64,000 bases of DNA from Felis catus (taxonomy: Eukaryota): NCBI RefSeq assembly GCF_018350175.1, contig NC_058383.1, positions 9,426,001 to 9,490,000 on the forward strand. The letters run 5' to 3'. Positions within the stretch are counted from its first letter, which is position 1; every line of letters begins with the position of its first letter. A program made the translations under genes and the position numbers. Shown here in pieces: positions 46,801 to 58,800 of the stretch. The notes under the pieces are model-generated. The model saw only the letters and a program-made list of their open reading frames with translations. It was not told where the DNA came from and did not search any database.

Positions 46801-49800
46801 ATTCTCCACCGCAGCAGTGGAAACCCACAAACGATCGGTACACACACGGGGAGGAGGGAGCCTCAGGGCGTAATGCTGAGTTCGAGGCGCCGGATGCAAG
46901 GGAAGGCACCCGTACAACTTTGTTATGCAAGGTCCCCACGCAGGAACAGGAGGCAGGACCCGGGGAGGGACGGCAGGGGCGCCGAGGGTGCTCGAACAAT
47001 CTGTGCCTTGATCCGGGTGGTGGTTACCCACCCCCGCTCACGTGGCGAGGTCACCCTGTGTGTACCTTTCTGCAGATACTGTATCTCAAGAACACTCGCG
47101 CTTACACAATTTGCTCCCCAAATCCACTTTTTCCGGCAACCAAGACCCTCGGGGAGGCAGGGGTGGCAACGAGGTGGAGGGCCGAGCAGCGGCTCTGGAG
47201 CCGTGCGATTCCCAGCCTGCCACTTTGCAGCTGCGTGAACTTGAACCTCAGCCAGAACACGGGACCAACAAATACCGCTTCGGAGGCTTCTCCAAATGTC
47301 AAACGAAGAAAAAGCACAACAGGCACGCAGCACGCAGTCCGGCAAGCGCAGGCTCTCGGCGGCACCCGCCGCCCACTTTACAGGAAGGCTGCCGGAGGCC
47401 TGACTCGCGGTCTGACTCCAAGGTCTTTGCTCTTTCCACTACATCCTGTGGCTTCCTGTGCGCGGGAAAGTGCAATAAAGCGAAAGCGGAGTCAGCACGC
47501 ACCCGCACGTGCGTGCTCACACACGTGTACACAACCTACAACCGCATAAACGTGGTATCTGCTGGGGCCAGAGGCCTGGAGTCTGTGGAAAGACCTCGGT
47601 GAAGGCTGCTTCTAAGGACGCCTCTGCAAAGCTGCTTAGACACGTGATTTTGCAGACATAAAGATAACAGACTTGTTTACGCTCCCCTGGGTTTCTCACT
47701 ACATTGGCAGCTCCGGGACCAGAGCCACTTTTAGGGCCCCAGAGGGAAATAACATCACCTGTGGGGCCCCAGGGGCGGCAAGGCCTGGCACCCATCTTGG
47801 CCACTCCAGCTTCTTCCCTCCACCCCAGAGGCGCCCTGACAGGCAGCTGGGGGCCGGCTGCCCAGACCTCCCACCCGGAGATGGCCCAGCTGCCCAGGAA
47901 CCCCGAGCAGGCCCTCCCTGACTCCCCGTTACCCCACCCAGCACCCCCTGGGGAAGGCCCACCCCTAAGGGCGGCAGGGCCAGGGCAAGAGCAAGAATGG
48001 AGGCCCTCAGGCCGGGCCCCCCCACCCCCCACTCCGACCCGTACTCCAGAAGAATCTGGTGTCTGTCTGGACATCTCGGATCGCATGTCCGACTTCTGTC
48101 CCTGCCCTGCCACGAGCAGCCACGTCTTCCCTGCCCTTCCGGTTTACGCTCCGCCTAAGCCAGAGCGCTTGCCACCTGTGCCCACCCGTGCGCTCACACG
48201 CATGCTCCCCCAGGACCCCGTGAGGTGAATACAGCAAGGCCCACAGGGTTGGGACTCCCACCGCGGCTCACCTTCTGAGTTCTGAGCTAGGAGAACAGAC
48301 TGTCTGCATTTCAACATAAATCAAACTCAAATCCAAACTGATGCTTACATATCAGCCAGCTAGGTGAGCGTTTTTGATTAGATACTCTAAGAAAAGAGCA
48401 GGCACAGAAGCACATGCAGTTTCCACTTATACGGTGCTGTGGCTGTTCAAGACCCACTGATTGTACGTTTTAAAAAATGGTCAGAAAGATGAAGTTTAAG
48501 AGGTGTCAATTTCTCCCCAACTGAAAAGTGGAACAAACTAAATGCATTTAGTTGACACCTAAAAAGCGCGAGGTGACTCAGTTGAACGTCCAACTTTGGC
48601 TCAGGTCACGATCTCACAGTTCACGGGTTCAAGCCCCGTGTCGGGCTCTCTGCTGACAACTCAGAGGCTGGAGCCTGCTTCGGATTCTGTATCTCCCTCT
48701 CTGTCCCTCCCCCACTGTGCTCTCTCTCTCTCTCTGTCTCAAATATAAACATTAAAAAAATTTTTTTAATACATTTTATAGTTATAAAACTGAGGGCAAC
48801 TCCAATGTCTAAAAATCAGGGACAGGCTGGACAGGTTACGCAGCACAATATGACACTGTTCACTACTGAACAGGGAAGCGTGGATCGCCTCTATGGGCGT
48901 GGAAGGATGTTCTTGATTCACTAAGTGGAAAAAAGCAGGTTATAGGATAATGCAGGCGACACGATCCCGTTTTGTTTAGAAGGGAGGGTACAGAAGCGCA
49001 CATGTGATGGACGCCTGGGTGGCTCAGTCAGCTGAGCATCCAACTCTTGATTTCAGCTCAGGTCATGATCCCCGGGTGGTGGGATCGAGCCCTGGGTCAG
49101 GCTACGTGCTAAGTGTGGAGTCTGCTTTAGATTTTCTCTCTCCCTCTGCCCCTCTCACATGGTCTCTGAAATGAAATTAAATGCATAAACAGTTTTAATA
49201 AAAAAAAAGGCCACGCGTGAGCACGTTAAGGATTGTTCTCTCCCCGTGTTGAGCGCCTGGGAGTCTCTTTTGTTTCCTTCTACGGCTGATTTCTACTCCT
49301 AACCCCCTCACCCCTGTTCTTCCTACAGTGAACACGTAATGCTTCTGTAATAAGAAAATAAGAATTACATTCTAGGTTTAGAAACGTGCGTGGATATGGA
49401 CAGATTTGGGAGGTTCCGTCCGATAAGGACAATTGGAATGGCTAAGTCCCGAGGAGAGATGGCGTCAGAGATGCAGGGCTGAGGAACACAGAGGCCTCTG
49501 ATGCAGAGCGCGTCTCCACCCTGCAGATCCCCTGGGCCTCACCGACCTCCTGCTCACCGTTGCCCTGGGTCGCCCTCCGTCTCTGCCCACAATGCCCTTT
49601 CTCTAACTTTGTCCCACGAGCTCCTATGTACCCCATCTCTGAAGACACAACATACATTTTCCTCTTCAGAGCACCCTGTTTGTCACCACCTTCAATAGGG
49701 CACAGGCCTCGGTTCAGGCCCTCGACTCCATGTTCGCGACTCATGGCTCCATCTGAGGCCTGGGGGGGAGCTGTCGGGGCCTCGGCACTGGGCACCGTGC

Positions 49801-52800
49801 CTGGCACTGGGCACGGCCTCTGGGGCGTCAGGCCTGAGAGGCTGTTGGAGGGGTCAGGGTCTGCCATCAGCAGAAAAGCCAACTCTTGTCTCTTCTCAAG
49901 GACTGAGGTTTCCATAGAAGCCGCATCTGAAGAAGGGGGGCTTGAAGACACGAGGGGTGCCCTGCCGCCCTGAGTGCCTCCGCCTTCCGAAGGCCTCCCA
50001 CCAGCTAGGGGAGAGACAGGCTCCGAGGGCCATCATGGAGGAGGGAAGGGCCCAGCCCTCCGAAGGGGAGGAGGCTCCAGTTTGAATCCTGGATCCGCCA
50101 CCAACTGGGCCTGTGGTGGCATCGCAAGGCCTTGGACTTCTCTTACTGAAAACATTGAATCTTGGCTTCTGCAACGTCCCCTCCCTGTTCCTCATACAGC
50201 ATTGGGAGTGTGGTTAACTCTCAGGGATAAAGAGGGTGTTCCCTAGAAGAGAGCCACCTGGGTCACTCTGTAATTTCAAAAACGCCCAGTGGCACAAAGT
50301 GGCAAGTGCTAAGACCAAAAGGGGGGACCAGACAGTCCACCCACAGGGCATCTGCAGAAACCGGGAAAGGCCTCCCAGAAGGGCTGGGCTCTATCCTCAG
50401 ACAGAAAACAGATCCCAAGGGAAAGCCACGGAAACTGGGCAGCTGACAGGCTCTTGGATGAGGCCCGTGCAGCCAGCGGGGAGCTCAGCCCTGGCGGCCC
50501 AGGGGTGCGTGGCCTCTGACCCAGACGCACGGGGCCGGAATGCCAGGCTGGCGGCTCTGGGAGCCGAGGGGCCCTCCAGGTCTGGCTGAGAATGTTCGAG
50601 GCGGGGAGAGATGGGCTAGCCCTCTTGCCCCTAGAGGAAGTTCTCCCAAGAAGCCTGAGCACCTCTGTGCTTCAGCCCCTGGGAAAGGAGGCATGCTCCC
50701 ATCTTTTCCCCTTGGCTTCAGGGCTGGCTTCCAGAGATCGGGGGCAGATCGCACCCCATGGGGGGAAGGGAAAGCCGAGGACCCTAAGGAAGACCCCTTG
50801 CCTCCAGTCATTGGCCCGACATGACACGGTACAGTTTCCTACTGATCACATGTGGCCTCGAGGAACAGCAGAATCCACCCTTCCCACCCCCACCCCCACC
50901 TCCCGCAAAGCCCTGATGCCAGGCTCAAGGTGGCAGAGTTCACCTGCTTGGCCTGTGCAGGTCCACACCTGAGCACCCTCAAAAAGTCTAACCCAACCTG
51001 ACAGCTTCATCCTGGGATGTGCCCCTGGAACCTGATCTTCCCCAGCTGGAAGACTCGGTGACTGGGGCCTTCCTGGTTTCCAGTCCAAATCCCTTCCTTT
51101 GGAAGTGGGGAAATGCAGCCTGCAAGCCAGGACCAAAGGGGCTGATGGTCCTATGCCCTGCTGAGCCCCCCTGGGGACTGCTCCAACTCTGCTGGTCAAC
51201 TCCACAGGGCACCCTCCTCATGCATCTGGGGCGTCCCTGTCCAGGAAGGGGCCCCCTCCCGAGGGGCATCGGCGTGGTCTGCAGCAGAGACACATCTGGA
51301 ACTGACCTCAAGGTTGGCTCGTCCCGCGGAGAGGAGTACGTGCACCCCATGGTTTCTCTCCCGACCCCGGGACTTAAGGGAAGAGGCAGCTTCCGGCTGT
51401 CTCCGGGAAACAGGCAGGGAGCCTGGGGCTAGGAAGTCGGGCTCTGTCCATCTCTCCGCAGTGCTGGCGGGGCCGGCAGCCTGGCCCGGGTCTCTAAAAG
51501 TTCTCCCCAGCCCTCTCGAAGTGTCTGCTGAGCCCCCTGCCTACGTCTGTCCCCACGGGCGCAGGCAGGGCTTGGGACTCCAGCCTGAGACCTCCCGTGA
51601 TCCCCTGCGTTTGGGCGTACACCCCTCCTCCTTCTGTATGGACCGAGGGAAGGAGAAAACCTTTCCAACCCCGACTCGGGTCTCCTTGGTAACTGTTTAT
51701 ATCGGAGTCCTTTCTCCCTACTTCCTCCCCCTTTCCCAATTAAAAAAAAAAAAAAAGGGAAGTCTTGAGGCTGAATAGAGCTCTTCTAGACACCAGAAGG
51801 CAGCTGTGCAGGTTGCTATGGCTGGGCTGTCTCTCCACAAAGGAAGCGGCATTGATCCCGCTGCCAGGGCGCCTCAGGATCACATTAAATTAGTTCTGGT
51901 TCCTGTCTTCCTCCCCACAAAAGAACTATGGGCAGCAGAGCCCAAGATGTGGGGCCCAGGTCACCTGGGAGCAGCATGTATGCAGAGGGCAGGCCTGCCC
52001 CCCACAAGGTGGACCCCACGTTCGCTGCGGAGACATTTCCTCCCGGCGGCGGGGGGGTGGGGGTGGCGGGGGGCAGCCCATCAGAGGCCCCCCAGGACAA
52101 AAAGCCAGCAGAGGAGATGGCAGCTGGGTCGGGCTTGGAGCCCAGAGACCACGCGGGTCCAATTAGAATTTTCTACTCCCAAATTGGGAGCAGGAGTCTC
52201 TCCATCCAAGCTTCAGAAGTCAACTGCGGGATGCACGAAAGGGAGGGCGGATGAAAGCACTGAGTCACTTGCATGAAGATGAACCAAGATGTCCCCGGGG
52301 TGATTCATTTCCTTTCCAGTCCCGGCAACACGCAGAGGAGTTTGGAAAACTCCGACTCGAGTGTCCTTTTCTACAGCACGGATTTCTCCTGAGACTCTCC
52401 CCTGCCCTTGGCGACACACGAGGCAGCCAGGCAGCCGCTGTGGAACAGCTGCCTTCTGGGGCCGGTGTGGTGGCCGGTTCTCCACCCCCAGGGGCAAGGA
52501 GCCTGCCACCAGAGAGGGGTGAGCGGGGGCAGGCCAGCCAGGGCTGTGGCTGAAAGCAAACGGTGTCCAAGAGCCGCCTTTTGTGAATACGAAGTGATTC
52601 CCCGGAGCTTAAATAAGAACCAGCAGGTGAACAAGGGCAGATCAGCAGGGGGCACCCCGGGAGGACACTGCCACCAGCAGTGGCTGCCCTCTGGCAGGTG
52701 GGAGGTCATGAGTCAAAGCCAAAGCAGGGAATGGGAAGTATAACTTATTGAGTGCCTACTGTATGACAGTTAGTATTCAAGGAACTCTATACTGTATTTC

Positions 52801-55800
52801 ATTTAACCTTCCTCACCCTGCCAGATGGGCTCTTGGATTTCACAGCCAAGGGCAGCGAGGCTCCGGGCACAGTGGGAAGCCAACTCCGGGCCTGTGGAAG
52901 CCCAGAGCCACAGCAGCGCACGGCCGCCCCCATGAGCAGAGCAGACTGTGTGCCCCCATCCCACCCCATGGGGCCAACCACCGCTGACAGGAGTCACCAG
53001 GCACGCTCAGAGAGCACACTTCCCGGCCCCTCCCGGGGATCCTCGGCCCTTGTCATTTGGCATGTTCGGAGGCTCGAGGGGGCTGCCGTTTCCTTCAGGG
53101 ACATCCTACCATATAGCCTTCAACGCGTATCCACCAACACGCACATCAGGCCTCCACACCTGCCGTGCGTGGCCCAGGTGGCCTGCCTTCCCAACACCGT
53201 GGGGCAGCACGCTGGCCTCTCCCTTCCAGCCCTACAGACCCCCGGGGCGGTGACTCTGGAAGACTGGGTGCGGGCAGGGTCAGCGCTCTTGTGCAGGAGA
53301 GCGAGAGAGACACTGAGGTCCACGGCCCTGCTCGGGGTTGTTCGCCAGTGACAGTGACAGAGAGAAGTCATCCTCTGCTCAGATGCCTTGTCTCTTGTCT
53401 CCATCGGCTTTGCCATTTGCAAATGGAGATGAGAGCTCTGTTTTACAAAAGCCCCAGCCCAGAACCCTTTCTCTGCAGCGCTGACACCTTCTGTTCTGCG
53501 TGCGCTGTTCTCCTCGGAACCTCAGGCCCCTTGCCAGTGCCCGCCGGTCAATGCCAGTGCCACTGGGCGACCTTCCTCCAAGCCACTCTAGCTGCTCTCA
53601 GGACTCTGCCCCGGTTCAGTCCTTCCCTTGGGTCCCCTTTAGTGTCAGATAAAACCCACCCCGGGGAAGGCCCGAGGCCCTGTAACATTTACCCCCAGCC
53701 TTTTCTCTCCTGTCTCAGCTCGGTGACCCCTGACCCCCACTGTGACTCCCAACCCACTAGTAACCCTGATGCTCTCCATGACCCGACCCCCTCCATCAAC
53801 CTCAGTCCCCTCCACGAGCCCCAATGCCTCCGTGACCCCCAACTCTCTTGCTGACCCCCGACTCCTTCATGATTCCCAATTCCGTCAGCAACCCTCGACT
53901 CCCTTCATGACACCTAACTCCCTCAGGGACCTCTACCTGGGCTCTGGCAGACACACCATTGCCAGCGGAGCCCTGGCTTCTGCACACGTCTCTGCTCTGT
54001 GTGCCCTGCTCTGTCTGTGCCACGGACCCTCGCCGACGTCCGCCTGTCTATGCCAACACCAGCTTTCTACTTAGCCTCCCAGACTCAGTTTGGGGGCACC
54101 TCAATCCTGACGTGCCCACCCATGGAGGGCTGACCCTCTTCTGCATTCCCACCGCCTCTAGCAACACTCCTCTCTCCCACATGCACGAGAGCCCCCAAGG
54201 ACACTGCTTACCCCTGCGCCCTGGTGCCTGGCACAGAGAGGGAACCACAGGCAGTGAGCACCGGGTGCTACTCAGCGAGGTCGAGAGGTCCACGCCTTCC
54301 CGGACAGGCCACCTTTGGAGTTGTAGGCACAAGGCAGAATGGCAAAGCCACTCCGGTCTCATCAGGGGACAGGGAGGAAGGAAAGGCAGTAAAGCCGCTC
54401 ACGGTCGGGGGGGGGGGGGCAGTGGAAAACCCAGGTCTGCGCTTGCGGGGGCGGCGTGAATACCCCAGAGCCCCTCTTCTCGCCACTTCCCGACGGCGGG
54501 AGGCTTCAGGCACTGTCCACCCTCCGCGTCCACAGAAGCCTATTCTACACACTCTCCTCTTTGCACAACTCCTGTGTGTTTCTATTTTCACCTTCGGCAG
54601 AGCCAAGGACGTCTCTCTAGCAAGAGTGACCCTGAACTGGATGCGGACGAAGTCCGGCACCCGCCAGACGCAGGCGGATGGAAACGAAGTTGGCGGCCTC
54701 GGCTCCTGGATTTCCTGGCCCTTCTGTCGAGAGCAAGCCCCCAGATAAAGATCACATAGGAAAATGAGCTCCTCTGTGGCTTTTCAGAAGCAAGCCCCAG
54801 TGGGATGGAATGGGCAAAATCCAGACTGTGGGAAACTGAAACAAACGATCTGGTTCTGGAACAAAAACGCTGCAGGGAAAAACCAGGGATGGAGGGGAAG
54901 CCTGTTCAGTGAGAGACTTCCTGTCATGGTGAGGAGAAGCCAGGCCCCGAAGGCCATAGCCACGTAATTCCATTCACATGACATTTGGGAAAAGGCAAAA
55001 GTACAGGGACACAAATAAGATCATGGTCACTAGAGGTGGGGGTGGGTGGGTATTAACTGCAAAGGGACACAGTGGGGGGAGGGGGTCACGGGGACTTTGG
55101 GTAAAAGGAATTTATTCAAAGTCCCTCCCCCTCCCCCCCAATCAACACTTAAAGACAAAACTCACAGGTGTCTGCACTTGGCCCTAACTCTGTTTTTCTA
55201 GGTCAAGGTGCCCTACATTCTCAGAAAACAGACCCCAACTACAAAATGTATTCTCCTCTAGCCTGACTACAATCTGCATCCCAGATGAGCACCCCCCCCA
55301 AAACCTGCCACTTTCTGTTCTGCCTGGCCAAGAATCAAGCCCCTCCCCATAACCTCCCCTCCCCCGCCCCGGGCGCAGCTGCGACCCTTATCACATCCTT
55401 AAAACAAAAAACGCTTACAAGGTCCAGCCCGACCAACCGGGGGTGACACCTCTCTTGACGTCTGGCCCCTCTCCTCCCTTGGCGAGTGAATAAGCTCTGT
55501 CCTGCTTGTTGTCCCGCTCTTTGTGCAATTCTTTGCCGCCCACCATCACCGGCCACCCTAACACGTGCAACGTTCTAGATCTTGATCGTAACACTGGCTG
55601 CACAACCGCATACCTCTGTTAGGACTCATCTGCACATAAATTATACCTCCACATACCTGGCCCTCCGAGGGAGGGAGACTTTTAAGATTTATTTATCAAC
55701 GGCAGGGCAACTGCAATCTTGTTTAGATCCTGAATTTTTGACGAAGTGTGAAAAAAATAGATACGTATCGGTCAACCGGGGAACGACAAACAAACGCTCC

Positions 55801-58800
55801 GGGGTGCCTGAGAGTCCCGAAGCTTGCCGCTGGCTCTCAGGGGCGTGAGGACAATGGCAGAGAGTTGTGTTCAAAAAGGAGAGGAGAAGACCGAACTATT
55901 TTCACCTTTCACATGAAGTGTTTCCAACTTGCTAAGAAATCCTGATTCCTTTATTCAGATCCACATATGACTAATTATGAAACTGGACTGCTTTAAGATA
56001 AGCCAGGAGCAGCGGGGACGGGAGGAAACGAGCCCCCACGGCGGGTGGGGGGCTGTGTTCACATCTTCCGGGCTCTGTCCTTTGGCGTTTGTTCGAAACG
56101 TTCCGCAATAAAAGGCTCTGTTTTTCTTTCAAGCACTCTCAGGCGCCAGACGTGAGGCCAGAGGTGTGTGTGGAGGCCACTTGGGCGCTTCTTGCCTCCA
56201 GCAGAGCAGAGGAGGAGCCCAGCGGCCCGGGCTGGGCCGGGCTGGCCACCTGCTCAGCTTTACCACCACTGGCGGGCGTCACCGTGGGGCCAGAGCCTCG
56301 GATTCTTTTTCAAGAGAAGCTGAAAGTCTGGGTTTGATGTGCCACCCTTTTCAACGTTCTAATTTCAAATAACGTCGTAATTTAAAAATGTCAAACCCCC
56401 TTGGGGCGCCTGGGCGGCTCAGGCCTCTGGAGCCCGCTTCCGATTCTGTGTCTCCCTCTCTCTCTGTCCCTACCCCGCTCACAGTTCTCTTTCTCTCTCA
56501 AAAATAAACATTAAAAAAAAAAAATTTTTTTTTAATTAAAAAATACATAAATGAAATAAAATAAATAAAAAAATGTAAAACTCCCGTGTAAGCCAAGGTC
56601 AGCCTGTGGGCCACTTTGCCCAAGAGGCAGCCACAGGCACACGTTAGTGCTAGTCCACCAGTGGACCCGGACAGCAATGGGACGCTGTCTCTGCATCATG
56701 GGAGGCAGAAATACAAATGGCCATGCGACAAGAGGGGTGCTCCACGCAGAGCGCTGTGTTACGTGTGCGAGCAAAGTGGGGGCTCCGGGGGGGTCCTGGA
56801 GCTTCAGACTCCCGTGGGAACCATCACACCCCGGGTGCCCTGCGACTAAGAGCTGCCCTAGCGTGGAATGCTCTGTCCAGAGGCACAAGCTGAGTGAAGG
56901 CTGAGGACTAAGCGTGAGTGGATGGCAAGGAGCCACTTTCGGAATTATTACCACCGTCACTAAGAGAACGTGCTGCTCTCCTGAACAAGCCTTTAATTGC
57001 TATTAATATAACTCAGAAGATCTCCCTGGGGTAAACAACTATGTTTGTGGATTAAAGGCTCAATACTGAAGGGCACCTGGGTGGTTCAGTTGTCTGAGCG
57101 TCCGACTTTGGCTCAGGTCATGATCTCACGGTTCGTAAGTTTGAGTCCCACATCAGGTTCGCTGCTGTCAGCGCAGAGCCCGCTTCGGATCCTCTGTCCC
57201 CCTCGCTCTGCCCCTACCCCACTTGCACACATGCGTGCACGCTCTCTCTCTCTCTCTCTCAAAAATAATAAATATTAAAGAAATAAAAAAATAAAAGGCT
57301 CAATACTGTAAAGTGCCAATTAATTTATAGATTTGATCCAATCCCAACTAAAACCCCAGCAGGGTTTGTTTTCTCCCCGCTTTGGTTTTGGTGGACATTG
57401 ACATTCTGGTCTAAAAGTTACATGGAATGTCAAGGGCCTGAAGAAGACAAAAGAATCTTAGAAGAGAACAAAGCTGGGGGGCTTGGCCTACAGATATCAA
57501 GTCCAGAGTGACTATGGGATCACAGAAAATGGAATAGTGTGGTCCCGATGAAGCAACAGAAAACAGATCCATAGGACAGAACAGTCTAGAATCTGACCCG
57601 CATACAGACAGTTACCTGATTTATATCACCAGTGACACTGAAGGGCAGTGGGAAGAGAATGGCCTTTATAATACCTCGTGCTGTGTCCAGTGGATGGATA
57701 TCCGACGGGGGAAAAATGAACCTCGAAGCACCACACAAACTTGCCAAAGCCAAGTCAACGTCAGCTGCATGGAGGTCTAAGTTTAAAGGCTACACCAAGG
57801 AAGCTTTCAGAAGGAAACATAAAGAGAACGTTTTTTAGGACCGTGGGATAAGTTACGATTTCTTAAACTGGACACAGAAACATCAACCGTCGAGGTTTAA
57901 GGTCAACCAAAAGGTTGAGGAATTGGGCTAAGTGTAAGTCAAGCACTTCCGCTCATCAAAAGGCACCAGTAAGAGAGTAACGAGCAAGTCACAGAAGCGA
58001 GATCGTATCTGCGGTGCATTTATCTAACAAAGGCCTCATATCTAGACTATAAAGAACCCTGGCAAATGAACAGGGCCACCAACCCAGTGGAAGAAACGGG
58101 CAAAGTCTTGAGCAAACAGACGTTCACAAAGGTATCTAAATGGCCAATAAACATTATGACAGACAAGGTCGTAGGTCTTCAGGGAAACGCAAATCACGAC
58201 AGGATGCTACCGCACGCCTTTGGGTGGCTACGATAAAAAAGGTGATAAAAGTAAGCGTGAGGAGGGGACGTGCCCATGACCTGCCAGTGCCACGTCACAG
58301 CACACACGGAACAGAAACACGGCCTTATGGGGACTAAAACACACCTACCAGAATGTTCACGGTAGCACTGTTTGCAACTGTTCTCCCGACCAGGAACCGT
58401 CGAAATGTCCGTCATCATCAGAAAGAATAAATCACAGATTATTCACAGAATGGAATACCAAATGCGACCAAAGAACTCCACGTAAACCTCAGAGTGCATG
58501 CTCCGTGACACAGACAACATGGGGCCATTTTGGCTACACACGTCCTTCAAACCGTGCACTACGACCCGTGTCCTTCTGTTTGCGTGTTATATACACTTCA
58601 GCAAAAAGGTGACGGACAAAACAAAACAGTCCTTCCAGAACTGACCTTCCCTCTGACCCTCCCTGGTCTCTTGCTCCTCGCCTCCCCCTGTCGGCCACGG
58701 GGACCAGAGAGACAGAGGAGTGGCGAGTGGCCGCACCCTGCTACCCACAGCTCATGCTCAGCCTTAACACGAGAAACAAAAGCCTAAGAGAAAAAGCCAG

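Noticed and set aside
46665..47549. 294-aa ORF in POR intron
   Set aside because: The N-terminal part is a decayed L1 remnant (QWHIYTMEY) and the rest is featureless.
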